From Clostridia bacterium (GTDB lineage Bacteria > Bacillota > Clostridia > Oscillospirales > Acutalibacteraceae), in assembly GCA_017443405.1 (NCBI GenBank), contig JAFRXS010000208.1, positions 625 to 64,624 of the forward strand: a stretch of DNA of 64,000 bases, read 5' to 3'. Each line of letters opens with the position of its first letter. Position 1 is the first letter of the stretch. The position numbers and the translations under genes are program-made. This document shows positions 1 to 9,045 of this stretch, piece by piece. The notes beneath the pieces were generated by a model, which saw only the letters and a list, made by a program, of their open reading frames with translations, searched no databases and had not been told where the DNA came from.

Positions 1-199
1 GAGGGAAGGTCAGGACGATGTTCTTCCTGCCGGGCAGGGCCTTGGGGAGGGAAAAGAAGGTGTTCCTGCCCATTATGACGCTCTTGCCCATCGTCACGCG
101 CTTGAAGAACGGCAGATCGCCGTCGAGCTTCCAGATAAGATCGTTGTTTTTGCCGAGCTCGCCGTTTTTGCCGACGGCGGCTATCATCGAAAGTATCAT
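1..199 (-). CDS. folA: dihydrofolate reductase, N-terminal part (gene runs off the left edge)
   Basis: Reverse translation from the ATG at complement 197-199 gives MILSMIAAVGKNGELGKNNDLIWKLDGDLPFFKRVTMGKSVIMGRNTFFSLPKALPGRKNIVLT. This is the canonical DHFR N-terminus (MGR.TF.S...LPGR.NIV). A GAGGGA RBS lies upstream, and the gene sits directly downstream of thyA. Confidence 0.9.
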   Translation of the reverse strand, partial: MILSMIAAVGKNGELGKNNDLIWKLDGDLPFFKRVTMGKSVIMGRNTFFSLPKALPGRKNIVLTFP

Positions 200-215
200 A
201 ATAATTCCCTCATTT

Positions 216-1118
216 TCAGGTCGCTATCGGGAACAGCAGCTTGCCCATGTGCTCGTAGCCGATGAGCTTCACGTCCTTACAGTCGCGTGAGTTGTCGAAG
301 TCGAAGAAGTCTTTTACCTCCGGGTTCAGCCAGAGCTGCGGCGCGGGCAGGGAGCCGTTCTTTTCAAATCGGGAGAGCTGCTCCTTTATCGGGTCGATCT
401 GGTTGACGTAGATATGGGCGTCCTTGATGCTCCAGAAGAGCCTGCCCGGCTTGAGTGAGCACACCTGCGCGAGCATCGACAGCAGCACGGAATACTGCGT
501 GACGTTGAACGGCAGACCCAGCGGCACGTCGCAGCTGCGCTGATGCACCCAGGCGTTGAGCGTCCCGTCGGTCACGTCCCACTCGCTGCTCCAGACGCAG
601 GAGGGCAGTACCGCGGTGTCGAGATAGTCGTTCTGCCACAGGGACATGACCATACGGCGGTCCTCCGGATTGTTTTTCAGCTTGTCGATGAGGTTTTGAG
701 TGAGACCGAATTTGCGGACTATCCAGCCGTAGGCGGTGCCGATCGTGTGCGCCCACTCTTTGCCGAAATCCTTGCGGACCTGCGTCTTTACGAGCTTTCC
801 GTCCGGACCGGGGAGCATCTGCTCGGCGGTCCAGAAGCCGTCCCCGTCGATCTCCCACTCGTTCCAGATGTTGACGTCCCTTTCCCGGAGCCACCGGACG
901 TCGTTCGACTGCGCCTGATATATCCACAGCATCTCGAGCACCGCCTGGCGGATGAAAAGCTGCTTGGTCGTGAGTATCGGGAACTCTTCCGAAAGATCGA
1001 ACTCAAAGCTGTAAGCCGGCAGCTTCACGGTGTCCGTTCCGGTGCGGTTGCGCACACGGCGGCCGTCGGTCAGTATCCTGTCGCACAGGCCGAGATACAT
1101 TTCATCCCATTTAGACAT
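216..1118 (-). CDS. thyA: thymidylate synthase (ThyA type)
   Basis: ORF 216..1148. ThyA hallmarks are present: LPSC (nucleophile Cys), RSCDVPLGLPFNVTQYSVLLSMLAQV and DAHIYVNQ. The ATG at 1148 lies inside the predicted -10 box and has no RBS. The ATG at 1118 (MSKWDEMYLGL) is preceded by AAGGGG, so I prefer 1118 as the start. Confidence 0.9.
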   Translation of the reverse strand: MSKWDEMYLGLCDRILTDGRRVRNRTGTDTVKLPAYSFEFDLSEEFPILTTKQLFIRQAVLEMLWIYQAQSNDVRWLRERDVNIWNEWEIDGDGFWTAEQMLPGPDGKLVKTQVRKDFGKEWAHTIGTAYGWIVRKFGLTQNLIDKLKNNPEDRRMVMSLWQNDYLDTAVLPSCVWSSEWDVTDGTLNAWVHQRSCDVPLGLPFNVTQYSVLLSMLAQVCSLKPGRLFWSIKDAHIYVNQIDPIKEQLSRFEKNGSLPAPQLWLNPEVKDFFDFDNSRDCKDVKLIGYEHMGKLLFPIAT

Positions 1119-1146
1119 ATCGAGCGCCCCTTTTCGGTTTTTTGTC

Positions 1147-1175
1147 ATTGTATCATATCGCCGCGGCTATTGCAA
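1147..1175 (-). promoter_or_regulatory. sigma-A type promoter for thyA-folA
   Basis: On the minus strand: TTGCAA (complement 1170-1175), 17-nt spacer, TACAAT (complement 1147-1152). Confidence 0.55.
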
Positions 1176-1261
1176 GAATCAGAAACCGCGGCGGCTCGGC
1201 GATAGGTTTTCTTCGGGAGGTTACAAATTGTAATTTTTTTTGAAAAACAGCCCCGTACCCC

Positions 1262-1290
1262 TTGAATTCCGCTTTGATATTTGGTAATAT
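1262..1290 (+). promoter_or_regulatory. sigma-A type promoter for murA (extended -10)
   Basis: TTGAAT (1262-1267), 17-nt spacer ending in TGG, TAATAT (1285-1290). Confidence 0.55.
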
Positions 1291-1363
1291 ATCAGCAATG
1301 ATACTATAAGTATAAGTGCGATCATTCGATCCTGTTCAAAGACGAGCGACGGGGACTGAGGAT

Positions 1364-2716
1364 TTGAGGATATACAGAATAAACGGCTCAGGACCTCTTA
1401 ATGGAACTGTCCGGATCAACGGATGCAAGAATTCCGTTGTTGCCATACTTCCGGCGACGATACTCGTCAGGGGGGTATGCAGGCTTACAAACGTGCCCGA
1501 TATCTCGGATATCAGGCTTGAGCTTAAAATGCTCGAGGAGCTCGGCGCAAAGGTCGACGCTTCAGGTCTTGCGTCCGATAATATAATAGAGATCGACACC
1601 TCGGATCTTAGTCCCAAGCCCATAACCGCCGATTTTGCCGACAAGTTCCGCGCTTCGTACTATTTCTGGTCCGTTATGACGGCGCGTTTCGGACGCTGTT
1701 ATTCGGCGCTTCCCGGTGGGGACGATATCTGCGGCAAAAGGGGCAGACCGGTCAATTACCACACCGATCTGCTCAAGGCGCTCGGCGCGTCGGTCATCGA
1801 GATACCCGACAGCTACGATCCGAAATACATCAATATCAGTCTCGACGACGACGGTTTGTTCCGCGGGGCGGAGATCGACGGGAGATTCTCCGTCGGCGCG
1901 ACGATAAACGCGATGCTCGCCTCCGTGCTTGCGGACGGGCCCACCGTCATCAAAAAAGCCGCGATGGAGCCGCATATAGTCGACGTGGCGAACTTCCTCA
2001 ACATTTGCGGAGCCAATATCACGGGAGCGGGCACGCCGGTCATAAAGGTCGGCGGAAGAGACAGGAATTACTGCTGCTCCGAGGATTACGGCAAGGAGGG
2101 CGTCCGGCTCCTGCACGGCGGCGAATACGACGTGATGCCGGATCAGATAGAAGCGGGCACTTATATGCTCGCGGTCGCCGCCGCGGGCGGGGACGTCAAT
2201 CTCGAAAACCTCACCCCTCAGCATCTTGACACCGTCATAAACACGCTTATGCAGTGCGGCGCGACGATAGAGTGCTCGTTCTACGACATGATCCGCGTAA
2301 AGGCGGACAGGCGCATGGACGCGTGCAGCATTACCACCGCCCCGCATCCGGGGTTCCCGACCGACCTGCAGGCGCAGTTCAGCGCGATGCTCGCGACCGC
2401 GAACGGCAAAAGCTCCGTGACGGAGAGCATCTGGCAGAACCGTTTCAAATACGCGAATGAACTCGTGAAGATGGGCGCGGACATCACCCGGCTCAATGAT
2501 CAGCACATAGATATTTTCGGGCTCGACCGTCTGCGCGGAGCCGACACCGTCTGCCCGGATATACGCGGCGGAGCCGCGATAATCATAGCCGCCCTTACCG
2601 CGGACGGCACCACGACCATAAGAGGCGTGGAGCATATCGAGCGCGGTTATCAGGATATAGTCGGCAAGCTCAGCGCTATAGGCGCCGACATAAGCATTGA
2701 AGAGACGGAAGACTGA
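1364..2716 (+). CDS. murA: UDP-N-acetylglucosamine 1-carboxyvinyltransferase
   Basis: ORF 1316..2716. The N-terminus LRIYRINGSGPLNGTVRINGCKNSVVAILPA matches the MurA/EPSP-synthase fold signature. The rest of the protein looks MurA-like throughout (GGDDICGKRGRPVNYH with the active-site Cys, PGFPTDLQAQF, RGYQDIVGKL). The likely start is the TTG at 1364, preceded by GGGGACTGAGGA. Confidence 0.85.
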   Translation: MRIYRINGSGPLNGTVRINGCKNSVVAILPATILVRGVCRLTNVPDISDIRLELKMLEELGAKVDASGLASDNIIEIDTSDLSPKPITADFADKFRASYYFWSVMTARFGRCYSALPGGDDICGKRGRPVNYHTDLLKALGASVIEIPDSYDPKYINISLDDDGLFRGAEIDGRFSVGATINAMLASVLADGPTVIKKAAMEPHIVDVANFLNICGANITGAGTPVIKVGGRDRNYCCSEDYGKEGVRLLHGGEYDVMPDQIEAGTYMLAVAAAGGDVNLENLTPQHLDTVINTLMQCGATIECSFYDMIRVKADRRMDACSITTAPHPGFPTDLQAQFSAMLATANGKSSVTESIWQNRFKYANELVKMGADITRLNDQHIDIFGLDRLRGADTVCPDIRGGAAIIIAALTADGTTTIRGVEHIERGYQDIVGKLSAIGADISIEETED

Positions 2717-3681
2717 TGGGTACCGCTGTCGACATCTACAAAAAGTCGTTCATAACGCGCTACGACGACAACGGCTTTATAAAATACTACTCCGCGGCGG
2801 ATTTTCCCGGTCTTGAGGACGCGCCGTGCAGCTTCAGGTCCGGCGAAAACACCCTCTCGGGGCATTTTTATTCCTATCCCGGGGCGGGCGGCACGCTTGT
2901 CGTGTTCAGTCACGGCATAGGCGGCGGTCACCGCTCGTACATGCGCGAGATAGAAAAGCTCTGCTGTGCGGGCTATACCGTTTTCGCCTACGACTGCACA
3001 GGCTGCTTCGAGTCGGGGGGCAGGGACATACGCTGCATGGGGCAGTCGCTCGCCGACCTTGACGCCGCCTTCGGCTTCCTGGAAACTCAGGGGCATCTTG
3101 CCCGATTTGAGCGCGTGTGCGTGATGGGGCACTCCTGGGGCGGCTACGCCGCGGCGAACATCGCCTCCTGCCGCGAGGGAATAGACAGGGCGGTCGTGCT
3201 CTCGGGCTTCAATTCCGTCGAAAGCATGCTCACGGGCATGCTCAGAGGCGCGAACGGTATACTCGGCAGAGCGGCGCTCAACGATATACTCTCTTATGAG
3301 AAGCGCATGCTGCCCGATTATTACGGCGCGCAGGCGGTCGACTCCGTGCTTACCGGCCGCACGAAATATCTGTTCATACAGTCGGACGATGACAGGAAGG
3401 TCTCCCCGGGGCGCAATTTCGTCTATATCAAGATGCGCTGCGCCGGCTCGGACGCGCGTTTCATCCTCTGTCACGGCAAGAACCACAATCCCAACTACAC
3501 GAAGGACGCCGTCCGCTACATGGACCGCGTTTTCGGGGAATTCACGCTGCGAAGCAAGCTCGGGCTGCTCGGCACGATTGAAAAGAAGAAGGCATATTTC
3601 AAGGATACGGACTGGGAGCGTATGACCCGCCAGGACGATGACGTCTGGAACGAGATACTTTCGTTCCTCGCAAAAAAGTGA
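2716..3681 (+). CDS. alpha/beta-fold hydrolase (unknown substrate)
   Basis: GHSWGG nucleophile elbow (VMGHSWGGYAA) and an HG-type oxyanion segment (VVFSHGIGGGH). The start codon overlaps the murA stop (TGATG). Confidence 0.6.
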   Translation: MGTAVDIYKKSFITRYDDNGFIKYYSAADFPGLEDAPCSFRSGENTLSGHFYSYPGAGGTLVVFSHGIGGGHRSYMREIEKLCCAGYTVFAYDCTGCFESGGRDIRCMGQSLADLDAAFGFLETQGHLARFERVCVMGHSWGGYAAANIASCREGIDRAVVLSGFNSVESMLTGMLRGANGILGRAALNDILSYEKRMLPDYYGAQAVDSVLTGRTKYLFIQSDDDRKVSPGRNFVYIKMRCAGSDARFILCHGKNHNPNYTKDAVRYMDRVFGEFTLRSKLGLLGTIEKKKAYFKDTDWERMTRQDDDVWNEILSFLAKK

Positions 3682-3692
3682 AGGTGATCCGA

Positions 3693-5423
3693 ATGAATTT
3701 TGAAGCTCACAGTAAATACAATTCGTGGCTCTTCCATGAGACCGATCCCGCTCTCAGGGCGGAGCTTGAGGCGATCAAGGGCAATAATTCCGAGATAGAG
3801 AGCCGCTTCGGCGCCGATCTTGAGTTCGGCACGGGCGGCCTGCGCGGCGTGCTCGGCGCGGGAACGGACAGGATGAACATCCGCTCCGTCGGCAGGGCGA
3901 CTCAGGGGCTCGCGGCGTATCTGAACGCCAATTTCGCGAACCCGTCCTGCGCAATAGGCTACGACTCGCGGCACTGCTCCGAGGAATTCGCCAGGACGTC
4001 CGCGTGCATCCTCGCCGCGAACGGCGTCCGCGTATGGATATATCCGTCGCTGCGCCCCACCCCGATGCTCTCCTTCGCCGTCAGGCGGCTTCACTGCTCG
4101 TCGGGCATAGTCATCACCGCGTCGCACAATCCTTCGCAGTACAACGGCTATAAATGCTACGACTCCAACGGCTATCAGATGACGGACGAGGCGGCGGCGG
4201 AGACCTTCCGCTACATCAAGGCTGTCGATCCGTATAAGGACGTCCGCACGATGGGCTTCGAGGAGGCGATAGTCTCCGGGCTCGTCAGCTATATCGGCGA
4301 GGAGATCGACAACGACTTCTACAACGCCGTGCTCGGTCTGCGCCTCGACCCGGAGCTTCCCGCGAGGTCCGACCTGAAGATCATCTACACGCCGCTCAAC
4401 GGCGCAGGCAATATCCCCGTAAGGCGCATCCTCTCCGACATGGGCTTCCCCGAGGACAACGTCCGCGTGGTCCTTTCGCAGGAGAAGCCCGACGGCGACT
4501 TCCCGACCTGTCCGTATCCCAATCCCGAGATACGCCAGGTGTTCGAGGAAGCCTTCGCCATGACGTCGGAATTCCCCGCCGACCTCATCATCGCGACCGA
4601 TCCCGACTGCGACAGGGTGGGGCTCGCGGTCAGGCGTCCCGACGGCACCTACAGCCTGCTCACGGGCAACGAAACGGGCTGCCTGCTCGCCGATTACATA
4701 CTCAGCCGCCGCGCGGAGCTCGGCACGCTGCCGCAGTCTCCGATAGTCGTCAAGACGATAGTCACGACCCCGCTCATCTCCGCCATAACCGCGGCGTCCG
4801 GCGGCGTCATCTACGACCTGCTCACCGGCTTCAAATATATCGGCGAGCTCATCACCACACTCGAAAAGGCGGGCGAGGCGAACCGCTTCGTGTTCGGCCT
4901 TGAAGAGAGCTACGGCTACCTGACCGGCACTCACGTCAGGGACAAGGACGCCGTCAACGCCGCGATGCTGACCGCCGAGATGGCGGCTTACTACAAGGAG
5001 CGCGGTGTCGACCTGCGCGAGCGTATGGAGCAGCTTTACGCTCAGTACGGCATGTACCTCTGCACCCAGCAGAACTTCCAGTTCGCGGGCGAGAACGCCA
5101 TGGCGCGCATGCAGGCTATCATGACCGGTCTTCGAGCCAATATCCCGACGCAGGTCGCGGGGCTCGGCGTCGTCAGCGTCGCCGACTACCTCGAGGGCAC
5201 CTATAAGGACCTCGCCGCGGGCACGGTGACTGAGATAACGCTTCCCAAGTCGAACGTCATCAGCCTCGGTCTGCCGGGCGGCAGCAAGGTCATAATCCGT
5301 CCGTCCGGGACGGAGCCCAAGGTCAAGGCGTATATCACCGCTCACTGCGCTGACCGCGCCGACGCCGTCGTTCTCACCGACCTCATCGCCGCGGATATCA
5401 AGAAGATACTCGGGATAGAGTAA
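3693..5423 (+). CDS. phosphoglucomutase/phosphomannomutase family protein (alpha-D-phosphohexomutase)
   Basis: ORF 3678..5423. Supporting motifs are GTGGLRG, the catalytic-Ser loop ITASHNPSQYNGYK, the metal loop ATDPDCDR and the phosphate-binding RPSGTEPK. The ATG at 3693 is preceded by GAAGGTGA. Confidence 0.85.
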   Translation: MNFEAHSKYNSWLFHETDPALRAELEAIKGNNSEIESRFGADLEFGTGGLRGVLGAGTDRMNIRSVGRATQGLAAYLNANFANPSCAIGYDSRHCSEEFARTSACILAANGVRVWIYPSLRPTPMLSFAVRRLHCSSGIVITASHNPSQYNGYKCYDSNGYQMTDEAAAETFRYIKAVDPYKDVRTMGFEEAIVSGLVSYIGEEIDNDFYNAVLGLRLDPELPARSDLKIIYTPLNGAGNIPVRRILSDMGFPEDNVRVVLSQEKPDGDFPTCPYPNPEIRQVFEEAFAMTSEFPADLIIATDPDCDRVGLAVRRPDGTYSLLTGNETGCLLADYILSRRAELGTLPQSPIVVKTIVTTPLISAITAASGGVIYDLLTGFKYIGELITTLEKAGEANRFVFGLEESYGYLTGTHVRDKDAVNAAMLTAEMAAYYKERGVDLRERMEQLYAQYGMYLCTQQNFQFAGENAMARMQAIMTGLRANIPTQVAGLGVVSVADYLEGTYKDLAAGTVTEITLPKSNVISLGLPGGSKVIIRPSGTEPKVKAYITAHCADRADAVVLTDLIAADIKKILGIE

Positions 5424-5451
5424 GACGCAGTAATTCATACCTCAATTATTT

Positions 5452-5490
5452 CGGCCGCGACGGATAGATTCCGCCGCGGCCGTTTTGTTT
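5452..5490 (+). terminator. rho-independent terminator after the phosphohexomutase gene
   Basis: CGGCCGCG (5452-5459) pairs with CGCGGCCG (5475-5482) and is followed by TTTTGTTTT. Confidence 0.6.
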
Positions 5491-5512
5491 TATGAAAAGT
5501 CCGATATCATCC

Positions 5513-5541
5513 TTGACAAAAACAATACTTCGTGATATGAT
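5513..5541 (+). promoter_or_regulatory. sigma-A type promoter for the padR operon
   Basis: TTGACA (5513-5518), 17-nt spacer, TATGAT (5536-5541). Confidence 0.6.
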
Positions 5542-5565
5542 GTATATCGTGAAAGGAGGTATCGT

Positions 5566-5886
5566 ATGGACGTTCAGCTCAAACGCGGGCTTCTGGACGT
5601 GTGCGTCCTTGCCGCGATCAAGGACGAAGAATCCTACGGGTACAAGATCATCAAGGATATGCAGCCGTACGTGCGGCTGTCCGAGTCCACGCTCTATACT
5701 ATCCTCAAGCGTCTGGAGGACGCAGGTATGCTGACCGTGCGAAACGCTCTGCACGGCGGAAGGCTGCGCAAATACTACCGCATAACGGCTTCCGGCCGTA
5801 AAAGGATAGATGATTTTAAAGCCGACTGGGAGGAGATAATGGCCGTCTATCGGTTCATAACAAAGGAGGACAGGCGATATGACTAA
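5566..5886 (+). CDS. PadR-family transcriptional regulator
   Basis: A winged-helix PadR signature is present: LDVCVLAAIKDEESYGYKIIKDM...STLYTILKRLEDAGML...RKYYRITASGRK. Confidence 0.85.
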   Translation: MDVQLKRGLLDVCVLAAIKDEESYGYKIIKDMQPYVRLSESTLYTILKRLEDAGMLTVRNALHGGRLRKYYRITASGRKRIDDFKADWEEIMAVYRFITKEDRRYD

Positions 5887-6463
5887 ACAGGCATTTTTGT
5901 CGCGTCTTGAAAAGGGACTGTCCGGGCTGCCCCGGGAAGAGGCGGCCGCCCGCGCGGCGTTTTACTCGGAGATCATCGACGACAGGATGGAAGAAGGTCT
6001 TTCGGAGGAGGACGCTGTCGCCGGAGTCGGTCCGGTGGATAAGATAGTAGCGCAGATAATAGAGGAAACGCCTTTTTCGACGCTCGCCAAACAAAAGATC
6101 CGCCCGAAGCGCCCCATGAGCGCGTGGGAGATCATATTGCTTATTCTGGGCTCTCCGCTCTGGCTCTCGCTGCTTATCGCTCTGTTCGCCGTCGTCCTCG
6201 CGGTATTCGCCGTGATCTGGACGGTCGTTCTGGTATTCTGGATCGTCGACCTCGTTCTGTTTTGCGGCTTTCTCGGCGGAGCCGCGGGCGGCGTTCTGCT
6301 GCTTGCAGGCAGCTCGGGGTTTGCCGGGCTGGCGCTGTTCGGCGCGGGGATCGTTCTGACGGGGCTGTCGCTGCTGCTGTTCTTCGTATGCAGGGCGGTG
6401 ACTCTTTTCGCGGCTTTCCTGACGCGAAAGATCGCGCTGATGTTCAAAATGCTGTTTGTTTGA
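5879..6463 (+). CDS. DUF1700-like membrane protein (PadR-associated)
   Basis: The N-terminus MTKQAFLSRLEKGLSGLPREE...YSEIIDDRMEEGLSEEDAV is followed by several TM helices. This protein commonly follows PadR regulators. Its start overlaps the padR stop. Confidence 0.6.
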   Translation: MTKQAFLSRLEKGLSGLPREEAAARAAFYSEIIDDRMEEGLSEEDAVAGVGPVDKIVAQIIEETPFSTLAKQKIRPKRPMSAWEIILLILGSPLWLSLLIALFAVVLAVFAVIWTVVLVFWIVDLVLFCGFLGGAAGGVLLLAGSSGFAGLALFGAGIVLTGLSLLLFFVCRAVTLFAAFLTRKIALMFKMLFV

Positions 6464-6474
6464 GGTGAAGCGTA

Positions 6475-7380
6475 ATGAAAAGAGCTGCTAAAGTATGTCT
6501 TATCATCGCGGTCATACTGATAATTTCCGGCGGCGCCGTCTTCTGCGCCGCGATGCAGAAGATCGGCTGGGACTTCTCCTCCTTCGGCGGCGGAAAATAC
6601 GTGACCCGCACGGTCCCGGTGACCGGGGATTTTCAAAATATATCGGTCTCCGGCGACACGGACGACGTTTCCTTCCTCTTGTCGGACGACGGGAAATGCC
6701 GCGTGGAATTCTATGAGTCGGAAAAAAGACCGCACGACGCCTCGGTCGAAAACGGGACGCTGTCCGTCCGCTGCGCCGACACGCGGGAGTGGTACGTTAA
6801 GTTCCCGGTCGTCTCCGTCGAAACGCCGGTAATAAAGATATATCTGCCCCGAAAGGAGTACGGCGCGGTCTCGGTGCGCTCGGATACGGGCGACGTCACG
6901 GTCCCGAAGGAGTTTTCGTTCGAGAGCGTCGGCATCACTACCGACACCGGCGACGTCGATCTCCTGGCGTCCGCGTCGGGGACGGTAAGGATAGAGACCG
7001 ATACCGGAGATATCCTTTGCGAGGGCGTAAAGGCGGATGAGGTCAGTCTCACCGTGAACACGGGCAAGGTCGACGCGATCTCCGTTTCCTGCGGAAGCTT
7101 CGCTTCAACGGGCGACACCGGCGATATCTCCATGAAGGACGTTATCGCTGCGCGGACTCTCACGGTCGTGCGCGGGACCGGAGACGTGAGCTTTAATAAA
7201 TGCGACGCGGGTTCGCTGTCCGTCGAAACGGATACGGGCGACGTCGGGGGCTCCCTTCTCACTCCAAAGGTCTTTATCGCGACAAGCGACACGGGCAGTA
7301 TCGACGTTCCCGGCTCGGCGTCGGGAGGCGCCTGCACGGTCACGACAGATACCGGCGATATCAAACTGACCGTAGATTGA
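6475..7380 (+). CDS. DUF4097-like beta-strand repeat protein (putative adhesin fold) with N-terminal TM anchor
   Basis: About nine protein-level repeats of (T/S)DTGD(V/I). It is the third member of the common PadR/DUF1700/DUF4097 triad. Confidence 0.65.
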   Translation: MKRAAKVCLIIAVILIISGGAVFCAAMQKIGWDFSSFGGGKYVTRTVPVTGDFQNISVSGDTDDVSFLLSDDGKCRVEFYESEKRPHDASVENGTLSVRCADTREWYVKFPVVSVETPVIKIYLPRKEYGAVSVRSDTGDVTVPKEFSFESVGITTDTGDVDLLASASGTVRIETDTGDILCEGVKADEVSLTVNTGKVDAISVSCGSFASTGDTGDISMKDVIAARTLTVVRGTGDVSFNKCDAGSLSVETDTGDVGGSLLTPKVFIATSDTGSIDVPGSASGGACTVTTDTGDIKLTVD

Positions 7381-7391
7381 TAACAGACGGC

Positions 7392-7431
7392 AAAAAAAGC
7401 CGCGGTCCCTTCCGGGCAGCCGCGGCTTTTT
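7392..7431. terminator. bidirectional terminator between convergent genes
   Basis: A-run, GCCGCGG (7399-7405), loop, CCGCGGC (7420-7426), then TTTTT. Confidence 0.6.
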
Positions 7432-7445
7432 GCGTATCTTTGGTT

Positions 7446-8960
7446 TTATTCCGGAGAGCAGACGGTCGCTTCCTCCCCGGCGGATCCCCGCTTTGCTCTT
7501 CTCGCCTTTATCTCTTTCAGCATCTGCTCGTGGTTTTCGCGCGTGATGCCGTAGAACTTCATCGGTATGAGCATAAGCAGGTAGCCCGCCATCGGTATGA
7601 GCGTGATGCACATGAGAAGCGCGAGCCTCGCGGAGAACGGCTGAGCCGCCGGGAGGGCGTCGTTGTGCGAAACGTAAGCCGCGGCGGACAGCGTCCACAG
7701 ACCTATGGTCGACGAAACGGAATTCGTCAGCTTGCCGGTGAACGACATCAGCGAGAGCATGATGCCCTCCGCGCGCCTGCCTGTTTTGTACTCGACGTAG
7801 TCGACCGTCTCCGCCTCCATCTCCTTGCCGAGTAGGTTCTTGAACTCGAGCGGTATCGCGACGAGAGCGATGAACGCCATCATGATGACGACCCAGTACC
7901 ATTCGAGCCTGCCGTTTATCGGGTCGAAGTAGACGAGCTTTTTATAGCAGACGGCGAAGAACAGACCGTCCATCGCGGCGGCGATAAGGCAGCAGGAACG
8001 GTAGATCTTGGCGAAATCCGCCTTTTTGCCGAGCTTTTCGACGACCATCGGCACGAAGACGCCGGCTATGAACGGCGCGGGCGCGACCGCTATCTGCAAA
8101 GGCGCCTGGAAGGAGGAATTGCCCAGCAGGTCGACCGCGACGAAGGTCGTGACCGAGCTGTTGACCGTGACGAGCAGGAAAGCCATGTTCGCCAGAAACA
8201 GCATGAACAGCGGCTTGTTCTTTATCAGCAGGCGGAAGCACTCGGATACCGTCGGCTCCTCGCTGTCGTGGTGCGCGCGCTCGCGCGTGTTCTTGTACGC
8301 GGGGCGCGAGAGCAGTATCATGCCGACTCCGGCGGCCAGAGCCGAGAGCATATAAAGCGGAGCGGTCGTCGTCTTGAAGTAGGGCACCATGAGCCCTATC
8401 ATCACGAAGCCCTGCGGTATCGCGCCGAGCACCGCGCGCATTATCGAGCTCACGCCGTAGAGCTTCGTGCGCTCCGTGGAGTTGCCCGTCATCGAGAACG
8501 CCAGCGCGCCCATCGGTATGTCGAACGCCGTGTAGGACATATCCCAGCCGACCATGGCGACGACGGCTATCGCGAATCTCAGCCACACCGGGAGGCTTAT
8601 CCTCGCGATGAAGAGCAGGACCGTGAAAAACGCCGATATCGCCGGGGCGACGCGGATGTACGGGCGCATCTGCCCGTCCTTCGTCCTCGTCTTATCGACG
8701 AGTATGCCCATTATCGGGTCGTTGAACGCGTCCCAGATGCCGCACCACAGACGGATGTGCCCGACCGCCTTCTCGCTTATGTCCAGCAGGTTCGTCATGA
8801 AGTAGTTGATGTTGGTCGAGCTCATCATGGACGTGCTCATGCCCTGCGCGCCGCGCCCCATGCCGTACGACAGGGTCTCGCGCCAGGTAAGGACGGTCTC
8901 CTCCGTTTCGGAGTTGTTCTTTACCGTCTTCGAGTCGAGAAAATCTTTTATGCGTGACAT
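7446..8960 (-). CDS. MFS-type glycoside-pentoside-hexuronide (GPH):cation symporter family transporter
   Basis: A 504-aa protein with about 12 TM helices. The N-terminal WRETLSYGMGRGAQGM segment is typical of MelB/XylP-like GPH symporters. Confidence 0.65.
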   Translation of the reverse strand: MSRIKDFLDSKTVKNNSETEETVLTWRETLSYGMGRGAQGMSTSMMSSTNINYFMTNLLDISEKAVGHIRLWCGIWDAFNDPIMGILVDKTRTKDGQMRPYIRVAPAISAFFTVLLFIARISLPVWLRFAIAVVAMVGWDMSYTAFDIPMGALAFSMTGNSTERTKLYGVSSIMRAVLGAIPQGFVMIGLMVPYFKTTTAPLYMLSALAAGVGMILLSRPAYKNTRERAHHDSEEPTVSECFRLLIKNKPLFMLFLANMAFLLVTVNSSVTTFVAVDLLGNSSFQAPLQIAVAPAPFIAGVFVPMVVEKLGKKADFAKIYRSCCLIAAAMDGLFFAVCYKKLVYFDPINGRLEWYWVVIMMAFIALVAIPLEFKNLLGKEMEAETVDYVEYKTGRRAEGIMLSLMSFTGKLTNSVSSTIGLWTLSAAAYVSHNDALPAAQPFSARLALLMCITLIPMAGYLLMLIPMKFYGITRENHEQMLKEIKARRAKRGSAGEEATVCSPE

Positions 8961-9045
8961 ATCGCTGACCTTTCCGGCGCAGCCGCGCCCGTGATCGATT
9001 GAAAACCGCCGTATGTAATTCCGTGTTTCAGGATAGTGTACTGCA

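Noticed and set aside
1221-1233. The palindrome TTACAAATTGTAA in the thyA/murA intergenic region as an operator.
   Set aside because: It is short and AT-rich, sits in an AT-rich spacer, and occurs only once, so it could easily arise by chance. There is no associated regulator gene.
3516-5438. Very long antisense ORFs opposite real genes. Examples are 3516-5438(-), 1562-2635(-), 10566-12461(-), 23453-24895(+), 30344-32413(-), 32314-34143(-), 27866-29116(-), 48431-49837(+) and 18226-19083(+).
   Set aside because: Their translations are Arg/Gly/Ala/Pro-rich and of low complexity, with no recognisable motifs. The opposite strand encodes clearly recognisable proteins. These are typical shadow ORFs of GC-rich coding DNA.
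6640-7370. A periodic TDTGD-encoding repeat as a DNA tandem repeat or satellite.
   Set aside because: The periodicity is at the protein level (beta-strand repeats of a DUF4097-like fold). The underlying DNA units are diverged and of unequal length, so it is not a nucleotide tandem repeat.
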